DNA of 64,000 nucleotides, taken from a virus. The notes beneath the pieces were generated by a model. That model searched no databases. It was not told the DNA's origin and was given only the letters and a program-made list of their open reading frames with translations. Where the stretch lies: the IMG/VR virus record IMGVR_UViG_3300043788_000040, positions 106,564 through 170,563 of that record, one strand, 5' to 3'. A program made the position numbers and the translations under genes. Shown one piece after another: positions 18,779-27,258 of the stretch; position 1 is the first letter of the stretch, and each line of letters opens with the position of its first letter.

Positions 18779-19583
18779 GCCCGCTTTGATCTACGACGAG
18801 GTTCGCAAGAACGCAGACGGCAAACCGCTGCTTCTCGGCATCAACCTTTCCTCGGACTTTTGCGCCGAGCACGAGTGGGGCATCAAGGACATCAAGTCCG
18901 CTTTTGGCATCCCCGAAAAAGGTTACGGCTTGAAGCGCCGCCAGATCACAGCTACGCCCAAAGGACTTGCATGGGTGAAGTACGCTGCCAAGACCTACAT
19001 GGGACGTTACGACGTGGAACGAGGTTTGGCGAAGAAGGTTGGGGATGTGACTCTCAAGAACGAGGGCTTTGTCTTCCATGGCTGGTACGGATTGGAGCCA
19101 GAGAAGATGGCGGTCTCCAGCGAGTTGTCTGGCGCTGGTCTCCGGGGCGCATGGTCGGACGACGATTTCGCTGCCGTGTCCAGCAGCCCGGAGGACATCG
19201 TCGCCCTCAAGGAAATTTTCTCCGCGTTTGAAAACAAAAACATCGCTGTCTGCTTCTCCGCTGCACTGCCCGCTTTTGACAACGCAGGTCTCGTCTTCGC
19301 CATCGCCGACCGCCTGCCCGAGAGTGTCACCGAAGATTGGGACAAGTACGACCGGGAACAGGAGAAGATCAAGAAAGAGTTCACGGCGACTGGTATTGAG
19401 AAGCTTCTCGCCGATGCGGGCAAGCGGTACTATGCCCTTTCACCACGCCGCCGTGACGACGGTAGTCTGTGGTACTGGCTGAACCCTATGGAACAGCAGC
19501 AGCACAACTACGGCTGGTTCACTCTTGAAGACCTTCAGGCATGGGCACGCAACGAAGGTCCGATCCCGATGAAGCAAAAGTAG
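18762..19583 (+). CDS. Phage hypothetical protein
   Basis: SD AAGGAG; 273 aa with phage-like codon usage. Confidence 0.7.
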   Translation: MRRGSKPALIYDEVRKNADGKPLLLGINLSSDFCAEHEWGIKDIKSAFGIPEKGYGLKRRQITATPKGLAWVKYAAKTYMGRYDVERGLAKKVGDVTLKNEGFVFHGWYGLEPEKMAVSSELSGAGLRGAWSDDDFAAVSSSPEDIVALKEIFSAFENKNIAVCFSAALPAFDNAGLVFAIADRLPESVTEDWDKYDREQEKIKKEFTATGIEKLLADAGKRYYALSPRRRDDGSLWYWLNPMEQQQHNYGWFTLEDLQAWARNEGPIPMKQK

Positions 19584-19599
19584 TTCAGTATTAGACGTG

Positions 19600-20007
19600 A
19601 TGGAAAGACCATCACGAATCATTGACGCAATCCGTGCTGAACTCGGACCGCACCTCGTCAAATCCAACTACCGCAAATTTCTCCCCAAGGACGCCAAGCC
19701 GTCGTGGGGCACCTGCTACGTGGCGTCCGAAGCCCTGTACCACTTGTGGGGTAAAGAGAATGGCTTCACGCCCGTCCGCATACCGTACAAGGTCAATCGC
19801 ACTATGAACGGGCAGCACTGGTTCCTTGAGCATAGGCCTTCGGGGTTCCAAGTGGACATCACGGCAGACCAGTTCACAAAGTCCCCGCCGAACCGGGTGC
19901 CGGACTGGACGAAGGCGGTTCCAGCCGGATTCCTTACCAAAAAGCCCTCCAAACGTGCCCAACAGATCATTGACGTCGTCCGCAAAAAATTTCAGTTTGA
20001 TAATTGA
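19600..20007 (+). CDS. Papain/transglutaminase-like (YunG-type) Cys-His-Asp protein
   Basis: GTCYVASEALYHL...HWFLE...VDITADQF. Confidence 0.55.
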   Translation: MERPSRIIDAIRAELGPHLVKSNYRKFLPKDAKPSWGTCYVASEALYHLWGKENGFTPVRIPYKVNRTMNGQHWFLEHRPSGFQVDITADQFTKSPPNRVPDWTKAVPAGFLTKKPSKRAQQIIDVVRKKFQFDN

Positions 20008-20032
20008 CAGAATCCCCTAACTACGGTATTCT
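20004..20032 (+). promoter_or_regulatory. Near-consensus sigma70 promoter for the Y RNA-Ro60 operon
   Basis: TTGACA (20004-09), 17 nt spacer, TATTCT (20027-32). Confidence 0.8.
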
Positions 20033-20101
20033 CCCTTAGAGAGACTTTGACGGTGGCGTTTCCCTGCGTCCGCAGGGCGACATCCCCTCTTAGCAATTTT
20101 G

Positions 20102-20203
20102 GTCGTGCAGCGGTGTTTAGCTGACGGATACTTCTTCCAATGAACAGCCCGCTAGGGCTGCGGAGGCTTGCCTCCTTTCCGTTGCTTATTGTTCCCTGCC
20201 GAC
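20102..20203 (+). ncRNA. Y-RNA-like RNA 1 (CCA anticodon-like loop)
   Basis: Terminal stem GUCG-U-GCAG-C-GG / CC-CUGC-CGAC with bulged C; upper stem AGC.GACGGA/UCCGUU.GCU; UACUUC motif; three hairpins UUC-UUCCAAU-GAA, CAGCCC-GCUA-GGGCUG, GGAGG-CUUG-CCUCC; upstream of Ro60. Confidence 0.75.
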
Positions 20204-20212
20204 AATTCTTGT

Positions 20213-20338
20213 GTGCGGCGGTTTTTGGTTACGGTTACTTCTGCCTGTAAAGCAGACGAGCGGGGTTCGACCCCCCGGCGACCCGTGAGGGTCGTGGCGT
20301 GGGCCTAGTCAAATACCGAAGCCTATTGTTCCCCGCAC
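20213..20338 (+). ncRNA. Y-RNA-like RNA 2 containing a circularly permuted tRNA-Tyr(GUA)-like module
   Basis: GUGCGG-C-GG / CC-CCGCAC bulged-C stem; anticodon arm UCUGC-CUGUAAA-GCAGA; T arm CGGGG-UUCGACC-CCCCG; 7-bp acceptor GCGACCC-GUGA-GGGUCGU closed by a GNRA loop. Confidence 0.85.
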
Positions 20339-20456
20339 CTAATTTCACTCAGCACCAAACGGGACGCTTGCATGAGTACGCTGCCCGTGCTGTTGCCGAA
20401 ACATGGCGTAGAACCAAGCGATAGGCACAGCAAATTTTAGTTCAAAGAGGTGAACT

Positions 20457-21887
20457 ATGGCATCACTCAACACTGCAACGAAGACTGCAAAGACTGCAAT
20501 CAAGACCGCCGAGGGCGGCAAGGCTGTCAACATTGGCAAGGCGCTTCAGCTTCAGCGCTTGCTGAACGCATGCCTCCTGTGGGAGGACAACTTTTACTCT
20601 GACGGCGAGTCCGTCGCCAACGCGATGCGCAAGCTCGTGCGTGAGGTTCCTGCCGAGAAGGTCGCCGAACTCGCGATCAAGGCTCGTGAAGAGCAGAAGC
20701 TTCGCCACGCCCCGCTGCTCATCGTGTACGAGATGACCCTCGCCTCCAAGTCTCACCGTGAGCTTGTCGGGGAGACGCTCGCCCGTGTGGTTCAGCGCCC
20801 GGACGAGATCACTGAGTTCGTGGCGATCTACTACAAGCTTGGCGGCGGGAAGCGTCCGCTCTCCAAGCAGGTCAAGAAGGGTCTGGCCGCAGCCTTCAAC
20901 AAGTTCAACGAGTACTCGCTCGCAAAGTACAACCGTGATAAGGACATCAAGCTCGCGGACGTGCTGGCGCTCGTTCACCCGAAGCCGAAGGACAAGGAAC
21001 AGGGTCTTCTTTTCGCGAAGCTTGCGAACAAGGATCACCTGCCGAAGAAGACGAAGTACGCCGCGTTTCCGGTGGCTAACACCTACCGTGCGCTCGCAAA
21101 GAACTTCGTCGGCCTCGTCACGCCGGACACTTGGGAGGTCGCACTCTCTGGTGGAGCGGACAAGAAGGAGACTTTCACTCGTCTCATCGCCGAGGACAAG
21201 CTTGGTGGTCTGGCAATGATCCGCAACCTGCGCAACATGCAGGAAGCGGGCGTGTCGGATGCGGTCATCAAGCAGGGTCTCTCGCAGATGAACGCTGAGC
21301 GTGTGCTTCCGTTCCGCTTCATCTCGGCGGCGAAGTACGCTCCGAAGTTTGAGCAGCACCTTGAGGCAGCGATGTTCAAGTGCCTTGAGGGCTTCTCCAA
21401 GCTGAAGGGCAAGACTGTGCTGCTCGTGGACGTTTCTGGTTCCATGGACAACAAGGTCGGCGGCAAGTCTGATCTCCAGCGTGTGGACGCAGCCGTAGCT
21501 CTCGCAATGTTGCTCCGTGAGATCGGCGAGGACGTGGTTGTCTACTCGTTCTCGGACAATGAGGTTCTCGTTCCGACTCGTCGTGGCTTCGGCCTCGCTG
21601 AGGCGATCAAGAAGTCTCAGCGCCACTCCGGCACCTACCTTGGTCGCTCTTTGACTGCGGTGGCTCGTGCCGAGAATGACGCAGACCGTGTCATTGTGAT
21701 CTCGGACGAACAGGCTCACGATAACGTCTCCAACCCGTTCCACAAGACCGGGACGAAGGCATACATGCTCAACGTCGCTTCTGAAAAGAACGGCGTCGGC
21801 TACAAGAACGGCTGGAACCACATTGATGGCTGGTCTGAAGCTTGCGTTGACTATATCCTCGCGGAGGAAGGTTCTTCCCGCGACTAA
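20457..21887 (+). CDS. rsr: Ro60 / TROVE-domain RNA-binding protein with vWA domain
   Basis: LLWEDNFY, KLRHAPL, QRPDEITE, FNEYSLAKY, HPKP, TWEV.LS, IRNLRN, LPFRF; MIDAS DVSGS; SDEQ; IDGWSE. Confidence 0.95.
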   Translation: MASLNTATKTAKTAIKTAEGGKAVNIGKALQLQRLLNACLLWEDNFYSDGESVANAMRKLVREVPAEKVAELAIKAREEQKLRHAPLLIVYEMTLASKSHRELVGETLARVVQRPDEITEFVAIYYKLGGGKRPLSKQVKKGLAAAFNKFNEYSLAKYNRDKDIKLADVLALVHPKPKDKEQGLLFAKLANKDHLPKKTKYAAFPVANTYRALAKNFVGLVTPDTWEVALSGGADKKETFTRLIAEDKLGGLAMIRNLRNMQEAGVSDAVIKQGLSQMNAERVLPFRFISAAKYAPKFEQHLEAAMFKCLEGFSKLKGKTVLLVDVSGSMDNKVGGKSDLQRVDAAVALAMLLREIGEDVVVYSFSDNEVLVPTRRGFGLAEAIKKSQRHSGTYLGRSLTAVARAENDADRVIVISDEQAHDNVSNPFHKTGTKAYMLNVASEKNGVGYKNGWNHIDGWSEACVDYILAEEGSSRD

Positions 21888-21890
21888 CAC

Positions 21891-21918
21891 AAAGGGGGCA
21901 CCGAAAGTGCCCCCTTTT
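21891..21918 (+). terminator. Rho-independent terminator after Ro60
   Basis: AAAGGGGGCAC-CGAAA-GTGCCCCCTTTT. Confidence 0.85.
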
Positions 21919-21932
21919 GCATCTAAGGACAT

Positions 21933-22331
21933 GTGGACATAGAGAAGCTGGATGCTTCGTGGAAACGTACCGAAGCTCAGTGGAACAAAGCGAAGCGTTT
22001 CTGGCACAAGTGCAAGGTTGTAATAGGCACTATCATTTTCATCGGGATTGTGATCGCCGCAATAGTGGGCATCCCGTACCTCGTTTGGGACATAGCAGTG
22101 CATCCCGTGCAGCGACAGGCGTTCGGGCATGGCGTGGTCATCAATGCAAGGTGGTACCTGCTGTGGGCTGTCGTAAGTTGGGTTGTAAGCTGGGTGGTGG
22201 GCAAGTTTCATCGCAAGAAGTCCACTGAGCCAGAGGAGATTGAAAGTGGCACATTACCACAAGAGAGTATTCAAGGCAGTCAACCGAAAGATCGACGGAA
22301 AAACCACCGTCGTGTACAAAGAAGGCGTTAA
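21933..22331 (+). CDS. Two-TM membrane protein
   Basis: Two hydrophobic segments. Confidence 0.55.
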   Translation: MDIEKLDASWKRTEAQWNKAKRFWHKCKVVIGTIIFIGIVIAAIVGIPYLVWDIAVHPVQRQAFGHGVVINARWYLLWAVVSWVVSWVVGKFHRKKSTEPEEIESGTLPQESIQGSQPKDRRKNHRRVQRRR

Positions 22332-22550
22332 CGGCACAGGGATCACCCTGCCGTTCATTTGCGGGTTCTGCCGGGATCGTGACGGCAACCCGACATTCGC
22401 GTGCCGCACGCAAAACGAGCGGAACCATCACGCGTTGGACTGCCCCGACAAGGGCTAAGATCACGGCGGGCGGTGCTAGAAACGCTTACTTCACCGTCAA
22501 AGCGAAAACAGCGTTTCACCTTTGTTCCCCCGCCATCAGTATTAGAAAAG

Positions 22551-22656
22551 ATCAGAGGGTCTGGAAAGAAAACGGAGAATGGGACGCCCAGACAAGCACC
22601 ACGGGCTGATACCTCACCCGCCGTCTGAAGAGGCTCCCATTCATGGTGGGAGCCTC
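22551..22656 (+). ncRNA. Candidate small structured RNA or leader
   Basis: Follows GTATTAG at 22539; closing TCAGA/TCTGA, internal GTCTGG/CCAGAC and CGGG/CCCG stems, then 10-bp hairpin GAGGCTCCCA/TGGGAGCCTC. Confidence 0.4.
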
Positions 22657-22664
22657 GGTACTTT

Positions 22665-23213
22665 ATGGGCATAATTTACAAAGCCACCAATACCGTTAAC
22701 GGCAAAGTCTATGTCGGCAAGACGGTACTCACCCTCTCTCAACGCATCCGCAAGCACCAAGCCGTAAGGAAACATCCTCGCCAAGTCATCCAGAAAGCTC
22801 TCGCTAAATACGGATTTGACAAGTTCACGTGGACAGTGTTGGAGGCCGTATCGGACGAAGCCCTAAACGACGCAGAGAAACGGTGGATTGCTGCTCTCAA
22901 CTCTACGCACACGAACATCGGGTATAACCGATCTGAGGGTGGAGACGGAGGTCGGCGAACTGTTCCAGACTCTCCTGAGACTAGACGCAAAAAGTCCGTG
23001 GGTATGCGCGGAAAGCAGAATGCAAAAGGACTTAGAAAAACTCCAATGTCACAGGCTCATAAAGACGCCATAGCACTCGCCAATAAAAATCCTGAGAATG
23101 GACGTATTCAAGGACGCAAAAATACTGAAAACGGACACATGCAAAAAATGCGACATATCCGTTGGCATGTTCACCGTGGTATTATTATGCCTAGCTGTTC
23201 TTTGTGCCAATGA
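22665..23213 (+). CDS. Free-standing GIY-YIG homing endonuclease (Seg-like)
   Basis: GIIYKATNTVNGKVYVGKT...R...H...YGFDKF...E...GYN..EGG; NUMOD3-like SPETRRKKS; more AT-rich than neighbours. Confidence 0.9.
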   Translation: MGIIYKATNTVNGKVYVGKTVLTLSQRIRKHQAVRKHPRQVIQKALAKYGFDKFTWTVLEAVSDEALNDAEKRWIAALNSTHTNIGYNRSEGGDGGRRTVPDSPETRRKKSVGMRGKQNAKGLRKTPMSQAHKDAIALANKNPENGRIQGRKNTENGHMQKMRHIRWHVHRGIIMPSCSLCQ

Positions 23214-23226
23214 ATGGACACTCTCG

Positions 23227-23595
23227 ATGAAATTTTCACGGATGTTACTGGCTTCAATTTTTCTCGCCTTGCCATTGCTGATTGCCGCCCCTAAACCTAA
23301 GAAGGGACAGACACAACCGGACGCAAAGCGTGTCGCCGAGATTCAACAAGCCCTCACCGATCACGGCTACGATCCAGGTAAGACTTGGCGGGAGACGAGG
23401 GCAACTTGCCGCAAAATCGCCGACGAACACGGCTGGCAAAACATGTTTGCACCTGATTCCCGAGTGCTTTTCTTGTTAGGCCTCGCACCGAACCTCAACT
23501 TGACGGAGGCAGACCTGAAACCCAACAGTCTAGACGAGGACGAACGCAAGTGGGTTGAGCAACACGGCGGCGAGCAAGCGAGAGATGCGGAATGA
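23227..23595 (+). CDS. Secreted peptidoglycan-binding-like protein
   Basis: Signal peptide; RVAEIQQALTDHGY...W...ADEHGWQ...PDSRVLFLLGL. Confidence 0.6.
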   Translation: MKFSRMLLASIFLALPLLIAAPKPKKGQTQPDAKRVAEIQQALTDHGYDPGKTWRETRATCRKIADEHGWQNMFAPDSRVLFLLGLAPNLNLTEADLKPNSLDEDERKWVEQHGGEQARDAE

Positions 23596-24050
23596 GCAGG
23601 AAGGTCGGATTCACGGGCACGCACAAGGGCGCTCGTCTCGCCGAGCTTGAGGCGTTGTCGGAGAAACTGCAAGCCCTCAAGGAAGCGGGCTTTGACGAAT
23701 TCCACCACGGCATGTGCATCGGAGCCGACGAGCAAGCCGCCCGGATCGCGAAGGTGATCGGTTTCCGTGTGGTCGCCCATCCCGGCTTGGCGAAAGACCC
23801 AACGAACCTGATGTACCGCTCCGAGTGGGATGGAAACGACGAGGTGCGTGAGGCGAAGCCGTTCATTGAACGTGACCACGACATCGTGGACGAAACCGAG
23901 ATCATGCTCGCCACGCCTCTGACGCACGAAGAAACTATCCGATCTGGAACTTGGACAACGGTGCGCTACGCAAGGAAGCAGGGACGTGTGGAAGGAACCA
24001 CGCTGCACGTGATCAAACCAGCATGGGAACCGCCGAGGTGGGCACGATGA
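23592..24050 (+). CDS. SLOG-superfamily (YspA-like) protein
   Basis: VGFTGT, HHGMCIGAD, RDHDIVD, RSGTWTTVRYARK. Confidence 0.7.
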   Translation: MSRKVGFTGTHKGARLAELEALSEKLQALKEAGFDEFHHGMCIGADEQAARIAKVIGFRVVAHPGLAKDPTNLMYRSEWDGNDEVREAKPFIERDHDIVDETEIMLATPLTHEETIRSGTWTTVRYARKQGRVEGTTLHVIKPAWEPPRWAR

Positions 24051-24323
24051 GCATCAAGGAAAACCGATTCGGTGGAGTCATGATTGAGTACGGTGCGATC
24101 ACAGCGCTGTTTGAGGACATCCCAGCGTCCGAGGTCAGCGTCACGTCCGGCGCACAGTCGGCGTTTAATGCCGCTCGTGCCTTCATCAAAGAGATGGTCG
24201 CCAATCAGTGCAAGCTCGCCGGGTGCAAGTTGACCGGGCATCCCTACGGCGAGGGGGATGAACACTCGCACGAGTGCTGGTTCGGTATGAGGCGGGACTT
24301 CTACGCGGATAGGAACGCAAAAC

Positions 24324-24725
24324 GTGGATAAGGCTACTGAAGAAAAGCAGTGGGAACTCTGCGGCTTCTGCGGAGCGCAGAAGGTACCAGACCAGCGCAT
24401 CGTCGCCGAAGCCGGGGAAGAGTACGCCCGCCAGCATCAGTACTACGTCTGCCCCAACGCCGGGTGCAGCAAGCTCAACAAGCATTCCGAATGCCTGCGT
24501 ATGCCGTTCGTGGACGGGGCGTACTACCACGGGATTTGCCGCAACGCAAGAGTCGCCCGCTATGTGGCTGCGACCAACCGCTTCGTGTACATGCGCCAGA
24601 AGTTCGGCTCCGTCTTTCCAGAGGGTATCGGACACGCCGAGAACGACAACGGCTTTGACCTGTTCAAACCCTTCGGTCTGCTGGAAGCGCCGCCCTTTGA
24701 CATCCCGCAACTGACTGAGATTTGA
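24324..24725 (+). CDS. Cys-rich hypothetical protein
   Basis: CGFC...CPNAGC; YHGICRNARVARY. Confidence 0.6.
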   Translation: MDKATEEKQWELCGFCGAQKVPDQRIVAEAGEEYARQHQYYVCPNAGCSKLNKHSECLRMPFVDGAYYHGICRNARVARYVAATNRFVYMRQKFGSVFPEGIGHAENDNGFDLFKPFGLLEAPPFDIPQLTEI

Positions 24726-24785
24726 CGACTTAAATCACTAGCCAAAACTCGTCTCTTGGCTGTATACTACGGCTGGAGGCGACTC

Positions 24786-25202
24786 ATGTACATTGGGACA
24801 ATCGTCAACGACGGCGAGATCAAGGACGTTGACCGCTTCGTCGTCAACACCGTAACTGGCAAGAAGCTTGACCTGAATGCAAGTCTCAAGATCGTGAACC
24901 ACTCCCCCACGGGCTTTTGCTGGGGGTACGCAGGTTCGGGTCCAGCGCAACTCGCGCTCGCCATTATGCTTGACTACTTCAAGGGCGACCGTGAACGTGC
25001 CCTGTCGTTGTATCAAGATTTCAAGTTCAAGGTCATTGCCCGGCTTCCGATGGACAACGACTTCTCGCTCACCGACCGGGAAGTAGAGAACGCCATCACC
25101 GAGATTGACATTGCGAGGATGCGAGCATCCGAAGGCTCGCCCTCCCGAATCAAGGACGACCCCGACGAAATGGAAAGACTGATTCAACGGGATAGCCAGT
25201 AA
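24786..25202 (+). CDS. DUF6166-like protein
   Basis: NHSPTGFCWGYAGSGPAQLALAIM...YQDFKFKVIARLP; SD GGAGG and TATACT promoter upstream. Confidence 0.75.
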   Translation: MYIGTIVNDGEIKDVDRFVVNTVTGKKLDLNASLKIVNHSPTGFCWGYAGSGPAQLALAIMLDYFKGDRERALSLYQDFKFKVIARLPMDNDFSLTDREVENAITEIDIARMRASEGSPSRIKDDPDEMERLIQRDSQ

Positions 25203-25204
25203 CC

Positions 25205-25756
25205 ATGAGTAAGACGTTACCGCTGCGGTATTGGAATGACCCCATTTTGTCCGTGATCTGTGATAAGATCGGGGACGGCGAATTCGGCTCGCAGCTTGAG
25301 GAATTCGGGCGGGAACTCGTCACCACCATGACCGCAAAGAACGGCATCGGGCTGGCGGCACCGCAGGTCGGCGTGGCGAAGCGTATGTTCGCCATGGGAT
25401 TCCCCGATCACCGGGAAAAAGACCCGATTGTAGTTTGCAATCCGATGCTGGTTCTGAACGGCGGGACGACAGCGGAACGTGAAGGTTGCCTCTCGCTGCC
25501 GAATGTCTACCAGCAGGTGTACCGAGCGGCGGGTGCCACGATGCAGTACCAAGACCCGACCGGGAAGCACTTTGAGATGCTGCTGACCACGGCTTGGGAT
25601 GCGAGAGTTGCGCAGCACGAATTTGACCATTTGAACGGCATCATGTTCTTTGACTTCAAGGACAAGCGCCCGGAACCTTGGGGCGCAAGAATGAGTAAGC
25701 AGATGAGCAAGACAGTCCTTCGGGAGTGGGAGAAAATGAAGCAGAAGGGATTTTGA
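25205..25756 (+). CDS. def: Peptide deformylase
   Basis: GIGLAAPQVG, EGCLS, QHEFDHLNG. Confidence 0.95.
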   Translation: MSKTLPLRYWNDPILSVICDKIGDGEFGSQLEEFGRELVTTMTAKNGIGLAAPQVGVAKRMFAMGFPDHREKDPIVVCNPMLVLNGGTTAEREGCLSLPNVYQQVYRAAGATMQYQDPTGKHFEMLLTTAWDARVAQHEFDHLNGIMFFDFKDKRPEPWGARMSKQMSKTVLREWEKMKQKGF

Positions 25757-26130
25757 TATGGCAACAACCGACTTAGACGGCACGAACCTGATGCTCCTGC
25801 GTGAGGGTACACTGGTGACTCTTGTCCTCGGGGACAAAAGCTACATGGGCACGCTCAAGATGCGCAAGACAGAGTCTCAGGAAAGCTGGTACATCTCGCT
25901 GGCGGACGGCGGTGAGATTGAGATTCACAAGCGTGAGGGTACGGCAACCGCATGATCACAGGCACGCTTGATCTACCGAAAATGGATGGAATGGAAGTTC
26001 GCCCCGGAGTTGTGCTGATCGGAGAGCCGACGCCGATGCCCGGCAGCGACAAGCTGCGGTGCTTGGCGAATGTTTTGGGTGCTTTGTGCGTTGTGGAACT
26101 GAGCCTCAAATTTAAGGACAAGGCAGCGGA

Positions 26131-27258
26131 ATGAAGAACGAATTCACAGAACAGCGATTTGACTACTCGCAGGGACGTCCCAACGCCCCGGAGTTGACCA
26201 TCACTGTCGGTCTGTCCGGCTGTGGTAAGTCCACGTGGGCGAAGCAGGAAGTAACCCGGAACCGTGGCGACATCGTGCGCCTGAACCGTGACGATATGCG
26301 CAAGATGCTGTTCGCTGACGTGCCGTGGAACTCGTTCAACGAGAACCTCGTGCGCAACTGGCAGCAGGAAGGCGCTCGTCAGGCGCTCCAGATGGGCAAG
26401 AACGTGATCATTGACGACACCAACTGCGTCCGGCGCACCCGGCAGGGTTGGGAAGAGTTTGCACAGAAGAACTTTGTCAAGCTGCGCATCGTGACGTTCA
26501 ACACGGACTTCAAGGTCTGCGTTGAGCGTGACAAGGGACGTGGAGTGATTTGCACCGCATGCGGCAAGGCTAACGGCGTAATGGTCGGTGAGGGCGTGAT
26601 CGCAAAGCAGCGGAAGGATTTGGGTGACAACAAGGTGAAGGACAAGACTCCAAAGGTTTACAAGCTGACTCGTCCGTTCTTTGAGCGTACTGAGTACCTC
26701 AAGAACGGCGGGTGGGTCACCCGTCTGCCCAACGCCAAGTGGGTGTTGGTGGACGTGGACGGCACGCTGGCGACCTTCACAGCCAAGGACGGCACCTCGC
26801 TTCGGGGTCCGTTTGAAGAGCACAAGGTGCTCGTTGACGAACTCATAGAGTCCGTCGCCGAGATGGTTCGGTCGCTGTACCCGACTCATAACGTCTGCAT
26901 AATGTCCGGTCGCCACGACTTCTGCGGCGACGACACCTGCGACTGGCTGGAGATGAACGCTGTCCCGTTTGACCACATACTGATGCGATACAGTGGGGAC
27001 AACCGCTCCGACGCTGTCGTCAAGCAGGAGTTGCTGGACGAACTCACTGCCGTGATAGGCAAGGACAACGTGGCGTTCGTGATAGACGACCGCCCACGTG
27101 TCTGCGACATGTGGAGGGGCAACGGTCTCACGGTGAAGCAGGTTTACGCCGGAGAGGTCTTGGAGAACCCGACCGTCAAGCACGCAGACGGCTGCGCCTA
27201 CGAGAATCAGAAGGGTTACAGGCGTTGCCCCGATTGCGGAGCATTGGAGTATTTTTGA
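26131..27258 (+). CDS. pseT: Polynucleotide 5'-kinase / 3'-phosphatase (T4 PseT-like)
   Basis: P-loop GLSGCGKST, RDDMR, DDTN; HAD DVDGT, SGR, DNRSD..VK, IDDR; inserted CTAC and terminal CPDC. Confidence 0.92.
   Translation: MKNEFTEQRFDYSQGRPNAPELTITVGLSGCGKSTWAKQEVTRNRGDIVRLNRDDMRKMLFADVPWNSFNENLVRNWQQEGARQALQMGKNVIIDDTNCVRRTRQGWEEFAQKNFVKLRIVTFNTDFKVCVERDKGRGVICTACGKANGVMVGEGVIAKQRKDLGDNKVKDKTPKVYKLTRPFFERTEYLKNGGWVTRLPNAKWVLVDVDGTLATFTAKDGTSLRGPFEEHKVLVDELIESVAEMVRSLYPTHNVCIMSGRHDFCGDDTCDWLEMNAVPFDHILMRYSGDNRSDAVVKQELLDELTAVIGKDNVAFVIDDRPRVCDMWRGNGLTVKQVYAGEVLENPTVKHADGCAYENQKGYRRCPDCGALEYF

Noticed and set aside
20240-20295. Ordinary tRNA-Tyr gene
   Set aside because: The arms are in permuted order, the acceptor is closed by a tetraloop, there is no CCA, and it sits inside a terminal stem
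22600-22630. Hammerhead ribozyme (CTGAT)
   Set aside because: The core is CTGATAC rather than CTGANGA, and no correctly placed GAAA core is present
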